From assembly GCA_964496415.1 (NCBI GenBank), contig CAZBZN010000001.1, positions 1 to 64,000 on the forward strand: a stretch of DNA of 64,000 nucleotides. The letters run 5' to 3'. The notes below the pieces were generated by a model. It had not been told where the DNA came from. It did not search any database and saw nothing but the letters and a program-made list of their open reading frames with translations. Below, piece by piece: positions 31,666 through 40,039 of this stretch. The position numbers and the translations under genes are program-made. How positions within the stretch are numbered: the stretch's first letter is position 1; each line of letters begins with the position of its first letter. This stretch comes from Candidatus Micrarchaeota archaeon (GTDB taxonomy: Archaea; B1Sed10-29; JAJRYS01).

Positions 31666-32035
31666 TAGCTTTCACCTGTTTTTTCAGTTCTTCCATTTTT
31701 GTAGCTATGTCTTTTATTAAGTCTTTGGCATTTCCTGGTTCTACTATTGCTACCGCGCTTGAAGCTACTTTTATTCCAGCAGCTTCTCCGAGTTCTTTTT
31801 TACCAGGAACAAAGACGTATGGGATTCCTTTTTCATCACATAATACTGGCAGAAAAGCAACTATTTCTGGTGGGTTGACATCTTCAGCGATTATTACTAA
31901 CTTTGCTATCTCTCTTTCAACTGCTTTTGTTGTTTCGTTTATTCCTTTTCTTATTTTTCCAGAAGATCTTGCCATTTCAACTGCTTGGTATGCTTCGTCA
32001 GCTAATTCTTTTGGAACATTTATTTTTGCAACCAT
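31658..32035 (-). CDS. rpl7ae: 50S ribosomal protein eL8 (L7Ae)
   Basis: [28 protein letters not shown]. Confidence 0.96.
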   Translation of the reverse strand: MVAKINVPKELADEAYQAVEMARSSGKIRKGINETTKAVEREIAKLVIIAEDVNPPEIVAFLPVLCDEKGIPYVFVPGKKELGEAAGIKVASSAVAIVEPGNAKDLIKDIATKMEELKKQVKANE

Positions 32036-32041
32036 TTTCAT

Positions 32042-32084
32042 ACCTCCTTTGTCACAGTTGCTTGCGCAACTCCTTCATTGGGTT
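32042..32084 (-). promoter_or_regulatory. K-turn leader overlapping the rpl7ae SD (L7Ae autoregulatory element)
   Basis: GA-GTTGC-GCAA-GCAAC-TGT-GA inner k-turn; possible outer k-turn CC-AAT-GA...GA-GG that uses the GGAGGT SD. Confidence 0.7.
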
Positions 32085-32142
32085 TAAAAAAAGTAATAGT
32101 ATTCTGAAATTGATAGTATTTAAAGCTTTACACTATGTTTTG

Positions 32143-33360
32143 TCATTCCTTAAAGGTGGGTTTTTTCCTTGCTTTTTTATCAGCTGCTTCTATCATTGAC
32201 CAAGTAAGGGTCACATTGTTCTTTTTTACCCCAAGATCCCAGATTAATTGTTTTATTCCCTCAGCAGAGATCCCTCTCTTCCTAAGTCCTCTGATTGTTA
32301 ATAGCCGTGGGTCATCCCAGCCAGAATATTCCCCTTGTCTTATTTTTTCAGCCATCCATGAGCAGCTTAGTTTTGCTCCCTCAACATTGACTTTTCCTGT
32401 TACTATTGTTACAGGATACTCCCATCCAAAGTGGTTGTATAAGTATTTTTGCTGTAATTCAGTGAAATCCAAGTCTCTTCCTCTTATGATATGAGTGGTT
32501 CCAAGTAAGTGGTCGTCAATTGCTGAGTTAAAATTAAGCAACGGCCACACAACTGCTTTTTTATTTCTTGGATGGTCATGGTTTTTTACAATCCTAAAAC
32601 CAGGCCAGTCTCTTAACGCAGGATTAGGGTCTTTCAAGTTTGTTTTTACTCTGAATACTGCTTCTCCTTCATCATACTCAGTGAACATCTTCTCCCAGCG
32701 CTTTAATTGTTCTTCAACAGGAAGCTCCCTGCATGGGCATGGCTCTCCTTTCTTCTTAAGCTCTTTGAAATATTCTGGGTTGCAAGTGCATACGTAAGCT
32801 TTTCCCATTTTCAAGAGCTTTTCAGCGTACTCGTAGTAAATTTCAAGCCTGTCAGAAGCATAGATTACTTTGTCTGGTTTTATCCCAAGCCATTCAAGGT
32901 CCTCAAGCCACCACTCATAAGCTTCTTTTAAAGGAGGCTTTACTTTTGGGTCAGTATCGTCAAATCTTAAAATGTACTTCCCGTTATATTTTCTTACGTA
33001 AAACCAGTTGAGGAGGGCTTGTCTCGCATGACCTAAATGCATTGGTCCGTTAGGATTTGGAGCCATCCTCATTATTACTTTTCCTTCTACTGCTTTTTCA
33101 AGTTCAGGAAGAGCATGTCTTTCTTCATCTTTTTTTTCTAATGCTTCTGGCCATAACTCCTTAAGTTTTTCTCTTATTTCTTCGATGCTCATTTTATTTA
33201 CTTCTTCTACTACTTTCTTCACCGTAATGCCTAGTTTTTTCATGTCTTTCTTAAGCTCAGGAGCTTCTCCGAGAACACCATTAATTACAGCTCCTGCAAG
33301 TGCTTTCCCTTCATGCTGGTATGCGTTTTTTAATGCATGTTTTAGAATAAGTTCTTCCAT
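32143..33360 (-). CDS. gltX: Glutamyl-tRNA synthetase, archaeal type, lacking the C-terminal anticodon-binding domains
   Basis: RMAPNPNGPMHLGHAR, LRFDDTDP, THIIRG, GWDDPRL; only 405 aa. Confidence 0.85.
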   Translation of the reverse strand: MEELILKHALKNAYQHEGKALAGAVINGVLGEAPELKKDMKKLGITVKKVVEEVNKMSIEEIREKLKELWPEALEKKDEERHALPELEKAVEGKVIMRMAPNPNGPMHLGHARQALLNWFYVRKYNGKYILRFDDTDPKVKPPLKEAYEWWLEDLEWLGIKPDKVIYASDRLEIYYEYAEKLLKMGKAYVCTCNPEYFKELKKKGEPCPCRELPVEEQLKRWEKMFTEYDEGEAVFRVKTNLKDPNPALRDWPGFRIVKNHDHPRNKKAVVWPLLNFNSAIDDHLLGTTHIIRGRDLDFTELQQKYLYNHFGWEYPVTIVTGKVNVEGAKLSCSWMAEKIRQGEYSGWDDPRLLTIRGLRKRGISAEGIKQLIWDLGVKKNNVTLTWSMIEAADKKARKKPTFKE

Positions 33361-33404
33361 GACTTTATTTAGTTTGAGAGGGTATAAATTCTTGTAGGTC
33401 TTTT

Positions 33405-34199
33405 TTACTCAAAGATTATTGAAGCATAGCCAACTACTTTAAAATAATCTCCATTTATGTCTCCGCTTGTTGAGTACTTGAGGAGTTTTGCTTTTTTTAC
33501 ATCTCTTTGCTTTGAAAAAATCATAGCACTTAGTATACATCCATATCCGCATATTGACATCTCTTTTTCTTCAACTAATTTATAGAAGCCTTCGTCGTCT
33601 AATTGTTCTATTTTTTTAATGGCTTCATTGTCTTTTTGAAAAGCAGACTCCTGTGGCTCGTAGTGAGTGAAGTCAGAGGAGGCAATGATTATGTCATTTT
33701 TTTCAAGAACTTCTGCTAAAGAGCTTCCAAGTTTTTTCATTGTTTGATATGATTGATCCATCACGCATATTGGAAGTATTTTAAAGTTTTCAAAGATTAC
33801 TTGTAAGAAAGGTAACTGTACTTCTATGGAGTGTTCATATTCATGAGCTATTTGGTCGATTGCAAAACCTTTTTCAGCAAGAAAATTAGCTTTTTCTTTG
33901 TCAGTTTCTATTATGCCTAAAGGAGTTTCCCAGTCTTGAGTTGATATTGAGACAAGACTTCCCAGGCCAGTGTGGTTTGGACCAATTATTACAATAGTCC
34001 TTGGATCAGTGTTTTTTAATGCAGAGTAAGAATAAGCTGCAGTTTGCCCTGAATAAATATACCCAGCATGAGGGCTTACTGCTGCTTTTGGTTTTGCTTT
34101 TATTTCACCAGCTTTTTCTAAGAACGAGGATATCATCTCTTTTAGTTCATCTTTGTCTGCAGGGTAGAACTGTCCAGCCACAGCTGGTTTTCTAACCAT
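33405..34199 (-). CDS. MEMO1-family protein (AmmeMemoRadiSam protein B)
   Basis: PAVAGQFYP, PHAGYIYSG, EHSIEVQLPF, SSDFTHY, CGYG. Confidence 0.93.
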   Translation of the reverse strand: MVRKPAVAGQFYPADKDELKEMISSFLEKAGEIKAKPKAAVSPHAGYIYSGQTAAYSYSALKNTDPRTIVIIGPNHTGLGSLVSISTQDWETPLGIIETDKEKANFLAEKGFAIDQIAHEYEHSIEVQLPFLQVIFENFKILPICVMDQSYQTMKKLGSSLAEVLEKNDIIIASSDFTHYEPQESAFQKDNEAIKKIEQLDDEGFYKLVEEKEMSICGYGCILSAMIFSKQRDVKKAKLLKYSTSGDINGDYFKVVGYASIIFE

Positions 34200-34204
34200 T
34201 TTTG

Positions 34205-34849
34205 TCACTTTATTGGTTTTGTTTCAAACTCACTTACTGGTACTTCAAATTCTTTGTCATTTTTTAAGTAGCCTCTTTCTTTTAGAACCTCTCTTGTAAG
34301 TAACCAGTAAATCAGGGCTAAAGCTTTTTTTCCTTTGTTATTAGTTGGGATTATCAAATCAATGTTTTTAGTCAAGCTGCTTGTGTCACATAAGGAAATT
34401 ACAGGTATTCTTGCTTTTTTTGCTTCTTTTATTGCTTGCCTGTCAATTGGAGGGTCTGAAGTTATTATGAGCTCTGGTTCTACAAAGTTTTCTGAGTTTG
34501 GGTTGGTTAATGTTCCTGGAATAAATCTTCCAATTACTTCCATTGCTCCTATTCTTTTAGCAAATTCATGAGCAGGTTTTCTAGCATATGCTCTGTTAGC
34601 TACTACTAAGATTTTTTCAGGGTCATATTGTGCTATAAATCTTGCAGCTACTTTTATTCTTTCATTTAAAGAGTTAATGTCAAGTACGCATAATCCGTCT
34701 GTTCTTATTTTGTAAATGAATTTTCTCATTGTTCCTGACTTGAATTTTGAGCCTATATGAACTCCAGCTTCTAAGTATTTTTCAAGAGGGACTAAGGATC
34801 TTTTAACTTCTTGCTTTGAAGATTCTTCTTTCCCTTTTCTTTTTTTCAT
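34205..34849 (-). CDS. rps2: 30S ribosomal protein uS2
   Basis: YLEAGVHIG, RFIPGTLTNP, PTNNKG. Confidence 0.96.
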   Translation of the reverse strand: MKKRKGKEESSKQEVKRSLVPLEKYLEAGVHIGSKFKSGTMRKFIYKIRTDGLCVLDINSLNERIKVAARFIAQYDPEKILVVANRAYARKPAHEFAKRIGAMEVIGRFIPGTLTNPNSENFVEPELIITSDPPIDRQAIKEAKKARIPVISLCDTSSLTKNIDLIIPTNNKGKKALALIYWLLTREVLKERGYLKNDKEFEVPVSEFETKPIK

Positions 34850-36026
34850 GTTTTATCACCTTTTGAATTTTCATTAGCCTTTTTATTTTTATTACTCTTT
34901 CTTTTCCTATGATCCCTATTTTCATGTAAGGAATGTTAAGCCCTACTGCAAGGTCTGAGATGAGGTCATCCATTGTTTCTCCTGACCTATGAGATATTAT
35001 TGGAGTGTACTGGTTTTCAAAAGCTTTTTTTACTACGTTAAGAGTTTGAGTTATTGTTCCCGCTTGATTTGGCTTTATTATTATAGAGTTTGCTGCTTTT
35101 AATTTTATTCCTTTTTCAAATCTTTTTTCATTTGTAGCAAATAAGTCGTCCCCGCATATTAGCCTGTCAGGAAATTTTTCAGCCAGCCATTTGAATGATT
35201 TAAAGTCATCTTCATGAAAAGGATCCTCGATGTAATAAAGGTCATATTCTTCTATTAGTTCAGCCACGTATCTTCTTTGTTGCATGGTGCTTAATTCTTT
35301 GTCCTTATAAACATATTTTTTCCCATTGTAAAAACTGCTTGCTGCGAAGTCAACTCCTATTGCTATTTCAATTTTTCTTTTTCTGCTCAGTTTTTCAGCT
35401 TCTTCATTTAGAATTTTTAATGCGATTTCGTTTGGAATTTCAGCAACCCATCCTCCTTCATAGTCAAGTTTTTTTGACCCAATTTTTTTACCTATCCTTG
35501 CATGGAGTTCTTTACTAATCTTAAAGGCTTTTTTAATTGACGAAGTTAGGGGAATTGCAAGGAATTCTTGAATTTCTGTTGAGTTCTCAGCGTGTTTTCC
35601 TCCGCCTATCATCTTGTTAATCATTAAAGGGATTGATGGGTTAGATTCTTTTGCTAAATATTTGTATAGTTCTTTCTTTTTTGACTTAGCAGCTGCTTTT
35701 AGGCAAGCAGCAGAGATTGCAATTGCAATATTCCCGCCTATTGCTGAGAAATTATTTGTATCATCAACTTTTCTTATTATGCTGTCAATTTTTTCCTGGT
35801 CAGTGACTTCAACACCTATGAGCTTAGGGATAAGGGTCTTTTCAGCTCTTTTTATTAACAAATCTATATCTCTTGGAAAAGCTATTGCCTCATACTTGCT
35901 TACAGAGGTTCCAGAAGGAGCTATTGCTACTGCTTTTGAATTTTTTGTTTTTACTATTGCCTTCACTGTTGGCTCGTTTTTTGAATTCCTGTCTTTTTTG
36001 ATTTTAATGCTCTTTATTTTTGCCAA
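34803..36026 (-). CDS. eno: Enolase (divergent N-terminus)
   Basis: GGKHA, QEF, EGG, DFAAS, IEDPF, GDDL, KPNQ, SHRSGET; TTG start after GGTGA. Confidence 0.9.
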   Translation of the reverse strand: MAKIKSIKIKKDRNSKNEPTVKAIVKTKNSKAVAIAPSGTSVSKYEAIAFPRDIDLLIKRAEKTLIPKLIGVEVTDQEKIDSIIRKVDDTNNFSAIGGNIAIAISAACLKAAAKSKKKELYKYLAKESNPSIPLMINKMIGGGKHAENSTEIQEFLAIPLTSSIKKAFKISKELHARIGKKIGSKKLDYEGGWVAEIPNEIALKILNEEAEKLSRKRKIEIAIGVDFAASSFYNGKKYVYKDKELSTMQQRRYVAELIEEYDLYYIEDPFHEDDFKSFKWLAEKFPDRLICGDDLFATNEKRFEKGIKLKAANSIIIKPNQAGTITQTLNVVKKAFENQYTPIISHRSGETMDDLISDLAVGLNIPYMKIGIIGKERVIKIKRLMKIQKVIKHEKKKRERRIFKARS

Positions 36027-36240
36027 CTTCTTCACCAAGAGTCTTTATTCTTTTGAACTTTATTATCTCGTCAATGTAGTCTTTGTGAGTTAAGAGCATT
36101 CTTCTGCAGCAGTACCTTTTTATTCCAAGCTCGTCCATTACTTTTCCGGGTTCTTCTCCGTTTTTCACTCTTTCAGCATATTCTTCCCAGTATTGTCCAA
36201 TAGGTTTTCCACAGGAAAAACATCTTATTGGGATTATCAT
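36004..36240 (-). CDS. rpoN: RNA polymerase subunit Rpo10 (N)
   Basis: MIIPIRCFSCG, RYCCRRM. Confidence 0.96.
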   Translation of the reverse strand: MIIPIRCFSCGKPIGQYWEEYAERVKNGEEPGKVMDELGIKRYCCRRMLLTHKDYIDEIIKFKRIKTLGEEVGKNKEH

Positions 36241-36244
36241 CTTT

Positions 36245-36676
36245 TCACCTGAATGATTTTATTGGTTTAGCTCTAGCTCCTTTTCTAAGGAACTTCTTAG
36301 GTTCTTTTCTTCTAACATCATCAATTATCAATGACCTATCATATTCTAAGAACTTATTTTTCAAGTCCTCGCTTTCACTCCATTCAACAAGTGCTTTTCC
36401 TATAGCTGTTCTTACTGCAAATGCCTGTCCTGATACTCCTCCTCCTTTAACATTAGCTCTGATGTCAAGAGTATTAATGAAGTTGTCTCCGAGGACTTTT
36501 TTAGCAATAGTGATTGGTTCCATTATTATTTCTCTCACATGAGCTGGTTCATAAGCATCAATTGAATAGCCGTTTATCTTTATTGTTCCATGCCCTTCTC
36601 TTATTCTTACTCTAGCTACTGCTGCCTTTTTCTTTCCTTTAGTGAACACGATTTTTTCTTTCTTTTTTGAAGTCAT
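36245..36676 (-). CDS. rps9: 30S ribosomal protein uS9
   Basis: GKKKAAVAR, GGGVSGQ, YDRSL, GARAK. Confidence 0.95.
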   Translation of the reverse strand: MTSKKKEKIVFTKGKKKAAVARVRIREGHGTIKINGYSIDAYEPAHVREIIMEPITIAKKVLGDNFINTLDIRANVKGGGVSGQAFAVRTAIGKALVEWSESEDLKNKFLEYDRSLIIDDVRRKEPKKFLRKGARAKPIKSFR

Positions 36677-36679
36677 TTT

Positions 36680-37093
36680 TCATCCCTTCCATCCAAGTCT
36701 TTTACAGAGTTCTTCAATTGTTATGTATTTTTTTGCTTTTGTTTCAGGAATGATTTTTTCAGCTTTTCCAGAATACTCTTCAGGAACCCCTATGAATGCT
36801 TTAACTCTTCTCATTGCTTCCATTCCTCTTTTTGTTTTTCTTGGAACCATGCCTCTTATGGTTCTTTTTACAAACAAGTCAGGCCTTCTTGAAAGCTTAG
36901 GACTTTTTATTGGTTTTGCGATATCTCTTATTTCAAACTTTTTCTTCCACTCTTCATAAACAGATTCAGGATTGCCTGTTATTACTGCTTTTTCAGCATT
37001 AACTATTATCACAGTTTCACCATTCAACAGTAATTTTGCTGTTTCTGAAGCAAGTCTTCCAAGCGCTGTTTTTTCAGCATCTATTATTTTCAT
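36680..37093 (-). CDS. rpl13: 50S ribosomal protein uL13
   Basis: IDA...LGRLAS, NAEKAVITG, RTIRGMVP. Confidence 0.95.
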   Translation of the reverse strand: MKIIDAEKTALGRLASETAKLLLNGETVIIVNAEKAVITGNPESVYEEWKKKFEIRDIAKPIKSPKLSRRPDLFVKRTIRGMVPRKTKRGMEAMRRVKAFIGVPEEYSGKAEKIIPETKAKKYITIEELCKRLGWKG

Positions 37094-37099
37094 ATCTCC

Positions 37100-37444
37100 T
37101 CACTGAATGATTTTTAAGTTTTTCACTTCTCCCATGTTTACCAATTCTTCTAAACTAATTGCTTTTGACCCGTTTTTTTCTATTTTTTCTTTAGCTTTTT
37201 TTGAGAACTGGTAAGCAGCAATCGTTACTTTTTTACTTAGGTTGCCTTCTGAGAGCACTTTTCCAGGAACAACTACTGTTTCTTCTTCTTTAGCATATTT
37301 CTGAATTTTAAATAAGTTAACTTCAGCCCTTTTTCTTGAAGGCTTTTCAAGTTTTTCAGCTACCGCTACTAATGCTGGCTTTTTTGTTTTTTTAAGGCTA
37401 ATGATAAGCTTCCTGAGGTTTTCATTCGTTGTTCCTCTTTTCAT
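37100..37444 (-). CDS. rpl18e: 50S ribosomal protein eL18
   Basis: RAEVNL, VVVPGKVL, FSKKAKEKI. Confidence 0.94.
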   Translation of the reverse strand: MKRGTTNENLRKLIISLKKTKKPALVAVAEKLEKPSRKRAEVNLFKIQKYAKEEETVVVPGKVLSEGNLSKKVTIAAYQFSKKAKEKIEKNGSKAISLEELVNMGEVKNLKIIQ

Positions 37445-37479
37445 AATACCACTCAGTATTTTTAGTCGCTTGTTGCTTT

Positions 37480-37540
37480 CAGGCGATTGAGAACCACGTT
37501 AGTGGTTCGATGTCGCCTGCCCGCAAGCCGTATGCGGCTC
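37480..37540. repeat. tRNA-trailing double-hairpin repeat, diverged copy B
   Basis: CAGGCGAT-TGA-GAACCAC-GTTA-GTGGTTC-GAT-GTCGCCTG plus AGCCG-TATG-CGGCT. Confidence 0.85.
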
Positions 37541-37603
37541 TAGGGGATTGAGAACCACGTTAGTGGTTCGAACATCCCCTGTCCGTAAACCGCACGCGGT
37601 TTA
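37541..37603. repeat. tRNA-trailing double-hairpin repeat, copy A
   Basis: 63 bp identical to 40094-40156; abuts the tRNA-Leu discriminator. Confidence 0.92.
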
Positions 37604-37741
37604 TGCAGGGGACGAGATTTGAACTCGCGTGGGCACTAAGCCACAGGGCCCTCAACCCTGCCCGTTTTCCGGGAGGCCCCGCCTCTTATTACTTTTATTA
37701 ACAGGAGGCAGGGGCCACCGTCCAGGCTCCGGCACCCCTGC
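37604..37741 (-). tRNA. tRNA-Leu(GAG) with a ~53-nt D-loop intron (about 37667-37719)
   Basis: GCAGGGG/CCCCTGC acceptor, CAGGG-TT-GAG-GG-CCCTG anticodon arm, long variable arm, TTCAAAT T-loop; BHB-like CTGG/CCGG helix; usual position between rpoD and rpl18e. Confidence 0.9.
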
Positions 37742-37808
37742 GTAGTTTTCATAGCATAGGGGTTGCGGGGAAGCTTTGCTTACCCAAGTACCCCTGCATA
37801 GTAATCCA

Positions 37809-38375
37809 TTATAACTGTTTTTCAAGCTCTTCAGCTTTTTCTTTTAATATTTCTACTGCTTTTTTAAGCAGTTCTTTTGGTTCAAGGTTTCCAAATGATT
37901 CTATTTCAAAGTCAAAGTTGTTTTCATTGGTTTTATGAACATTATATGATGCAATGCATGGTTGGAATTTAGCATGCTGTTTTCCAGTTCCCATTATTGC
38001 TGTGGCTTCAAGTCTTAGGTTTTGTTCTTCTCCTAACTTTATTATTGGTATGTTGTCATACACTGGCTTTACGTTTGATTTTGTTTTTAAGTCTTTTGAA
38101 TAGACCACTGTTGGCCCTTTTGCTTCAAGGTGAAATGTGGCTTTTGATTTTGAGGTTGCTGTTTTAGGAGTTACGAGGGGGATTAGCCCAAGTCTATGAG
38201 CTATGAACTCGTCAAAAAGGTTTGAAGTGTTTTCAAAAAAGTCCACTTCATCTATTGCCATTATTGGTACTTCTGACATTAATGCCCTTCTAAGTGCGTT
38301 TGCTTTTGGGTACGAAGCTTCTTTTAAAGTGAATTTCAAGTAATTCCCATCAACTTTTAAGTTCTCTATTTTCAT
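37809..38375 (-). CDS. rpoD: RNA polymerase subunit Rpo3 (D), short form
   Basis: ANALRRALMSEVP, ENTSNLFDEFIAHRLGLIP, HAKFQP. Confidence 0.94.
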   Translation of the reverse strand: MKIENLKVDGNYLKFTLKEASYPKANALRRALMSEVPIMAIDEVDFFENTSNLFDEFIAHRLGLIPLVTPKTATSKSKATFHLEAKGPTVVYSKDLKTKSNVKPVYDNIPIIKLGEEQNLRLEATAIMGTGKQHAKFQPCIASYNVHKTNENNFDFEIESFGNLEPKELLKKAVEILKEKAEELEKQL

Positions 38376-38385
38376 TTTTCATCAC

Positions 38386-38781
38386 TTATACTCTTCTTCC
38401 TCTTTTCCCACCTTTTCTTCTTGTAGTGTCATGAGGAATAGGAGTGACGTCTTCAATTCTTCCTATTCTAAGCCCGCTTCTTGCAAGAGCTCTAATTGCT
38501 GCTTGGGCTCCTTGTCCAGGAATTTTTGACCTATGACCACCAGGAGCTCTTACATGAATGTGAACTCCTACTACTCCTTTGTTTTTAAGTTCTTCAGCTA
38601 CTCTTTGAGCAGCCATCATTGCAGCGTAAGGTGAACCTTCTTTTCTATCAGCGTCAACCACCATTCCTCCAGAGCATTTTGCCAGAGTTTCTGCTCCTGT
38701 CAAATCAGTAACAGTAATTATAGTGTTATTCTTTGAAGCATAAATGTGTGCTATTCCCCACAGTTCTTCTTTCATTTTCAT
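38386..38781 (-). CDS. rps11: 30S ribosomal protein uS11
   Basis: [28 protein letters not shown]. Confidence 0.97.
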   Translation of the reverse strand: MKMKEELWGIAHIYASKNNTIITVTDLTGAETLAKCSGGMVVDADRKEGSPYAAMMAAQRVAEELKNKGVVGVHIHVRAPGGHRSKIPGQGAQAAIRALARSGLRIGRIEDVTPIPHDTTRRKGGKRGRRV

Positions 38782-39413
38782 TCACCTAAATTTTCAGCTG
38801 CTTCTTTCAGTTCTTCTTCCTCTTTTTCAGCGAGTTCCTGTTCTTTTTCCATGATTTCTTTTTCTTCTTCTTTTTCCACTTCTTTTGCAATTACTTCTAA
38901 TCCTGTTTCCTGCTTTGGTTCTTCAATTGCTATTTTTAAAGGTTCCTTATACCAGCCAACAGTTTTTTCAGTTTCAAGGTCAATGATCATTGAAGGAGCA
39001 GTAGTCTTTATCCCATTGACAGCAATATGCCCGTGAGTTATAAATTGTCTTGCTTGTTTTATTGTTCTCGCAAGACCCTTTTTCCATACGATTGTTTGAA
39101 GCCTTCTTTTTAACAAGTCTTCTGTTTTTAATGATAAAACATCATCAAGGCTGCTGTTTTCAGGAAGAATTCCATATCTTTCAAGTTTATTAAGTAAAGC
39201 TTTTTCTTTTTCTTCTCTTTCTTCAGGAGCAAGCCCAACCAGTTCTCTAGCCATGTGCCTGTACTTTCTTATTTGAGTTTTAGCTCTCCAGATTTCTTTT
39301 TTGTTTTTTAACCCATACTCTTTCATTAGTTTCTTTTCTTCTAAGATTCTTTCTTTCTCCCAAGGATGTGATGGAGGTTCATATTTTTTCTTTAGTCTTC
39401 TCGGATCTCCCAT
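38778..39413 (-). CDS. rps4: 30S ribosomal protein uS4
   Basis: [31 protein letters not shown]; acidic tail. Confidence 0.96.
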   Translation of the reverse strand: MGDPRRLKKKYEPPSHPWEKERILEEKKLMKEYGLKNKKEIWRAKTQIRKYRHMARELVGLAPEEREEKEKALLNKLERYGILPENSSLDDVLSLKTEDLLKRRLQTIVWKKGLARTIKQARQFITHGHIAVNGIKTTAPSMIIDLETEKTVGWYKEPLKIAIEEPKQETGLEVIAKEVEKEEEKEIMEKEQELAEKEEEELKEAAENLGE

Positions 39414-39423
39414 TTTCAATCAC

Positions 39424-39909
39424 TTATTTTTTCTTTTTAGCAGGCTGCTGTTTTTTCCTTTGCACTCCTACGGTTACTCCTGTTCTTCCCATTGTTCTTG
39501 TTCTCTGCCCTCTTACTGGCAGTCCAAACATGTGTCTTACTCCTCTGTATGAACGCATGTTCATTTCTCTTTTCTTGTCATTTTGAATGGCAAATTCAAG
39601 ATCTGAACCAACTAAATGAATATCTCTTCCACTTTCAAAGTCCTTTCTTCTATTAAGCATCCATGTTGGAATGCCAAATTCTCCAGGAGAAGCTATTATC
39701 TTTTCTAATTTTTCTAATTGTTCATCAGAAAGATAACCTATTTTTGTGGACTTTTTAACTCCTTCTGTTTTTTCAAATTCCCCAGCTATTGCTTCCGCTA
39801 ACCTTTGTCCTATTCCTTTAACCATTCTTAAGGCTTTTATCATGTCGTAGTTTCCATCAACTTCGTAGCCTGAAAGCCTTAATCTTCCCTTGAATTCTGC
39901 TTCAGTCAT
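39424..39909 (-). CDS. rps13: 30S ribosomal protein uS13
   Basis: KGIG, WMLNRRKD, GLPVRGQRTR. Confidence 0.96.
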   Translation of the reverse strand: MTEAEFKGRLRLSGYEVDGNYDMIKALRMVKGIGQRLAEAIAGEFEKTEGVKKSTKIGYLSDEQLEKLEKIIASPGEFGIPTWMLNRRKDFESGRDIHLVGSDLEFAIQNDKKREMNMRSYRGVRHMFGLPVRGQRTRTMGRTGVTVGVQRKKQQPAKKKK

Positions 39910-39933
39910 TCATTCACCAGAATTTTTTATTTC

Positions 39934-39965
39934 CCTGTAGGTCACAGCCTTAGCGGCTCGCCAGG
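39934..39965 (-). promoter_or_regulatory. Candidate k-turn in the 5' leader of the rps13-rps4-rps11-rpoD operon
   Basis: TGGC-GA-GCC-GCTAA-GGC-TGT-GA-CCTA; TTTATAA box at about 40010-40016. Confidence 0.55.
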
Positions 39966-40039
39966 ATTTGGTTTTTTATAACAAGTGTTATGATTTGTGA
40001 ACTCTTTTGTTTATAAACCTTATGGAAACAGCCGCACCA

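Noticed and set aside
34803..36026. Enolase as a pseudo-enzyme
   Set aside because: The N-terminal motifs are divergent but the catalytic and Mg-binding motifs (H, E, E, D, E, D, K, SHRS, K) are retained
37480..37520. SECIS-like UGA/GA quartet in the repeat
   Set aside because: It is antisense to the local transcripts, and no UGA-interrupted selenoprotein gene is evident
37480..37603. CRISPR array interpretation of the tandem repeats
   Set aside because: Units are about 62 nt, contiguous and structured along their whole length, with no unique spacers and no cas genes in the window
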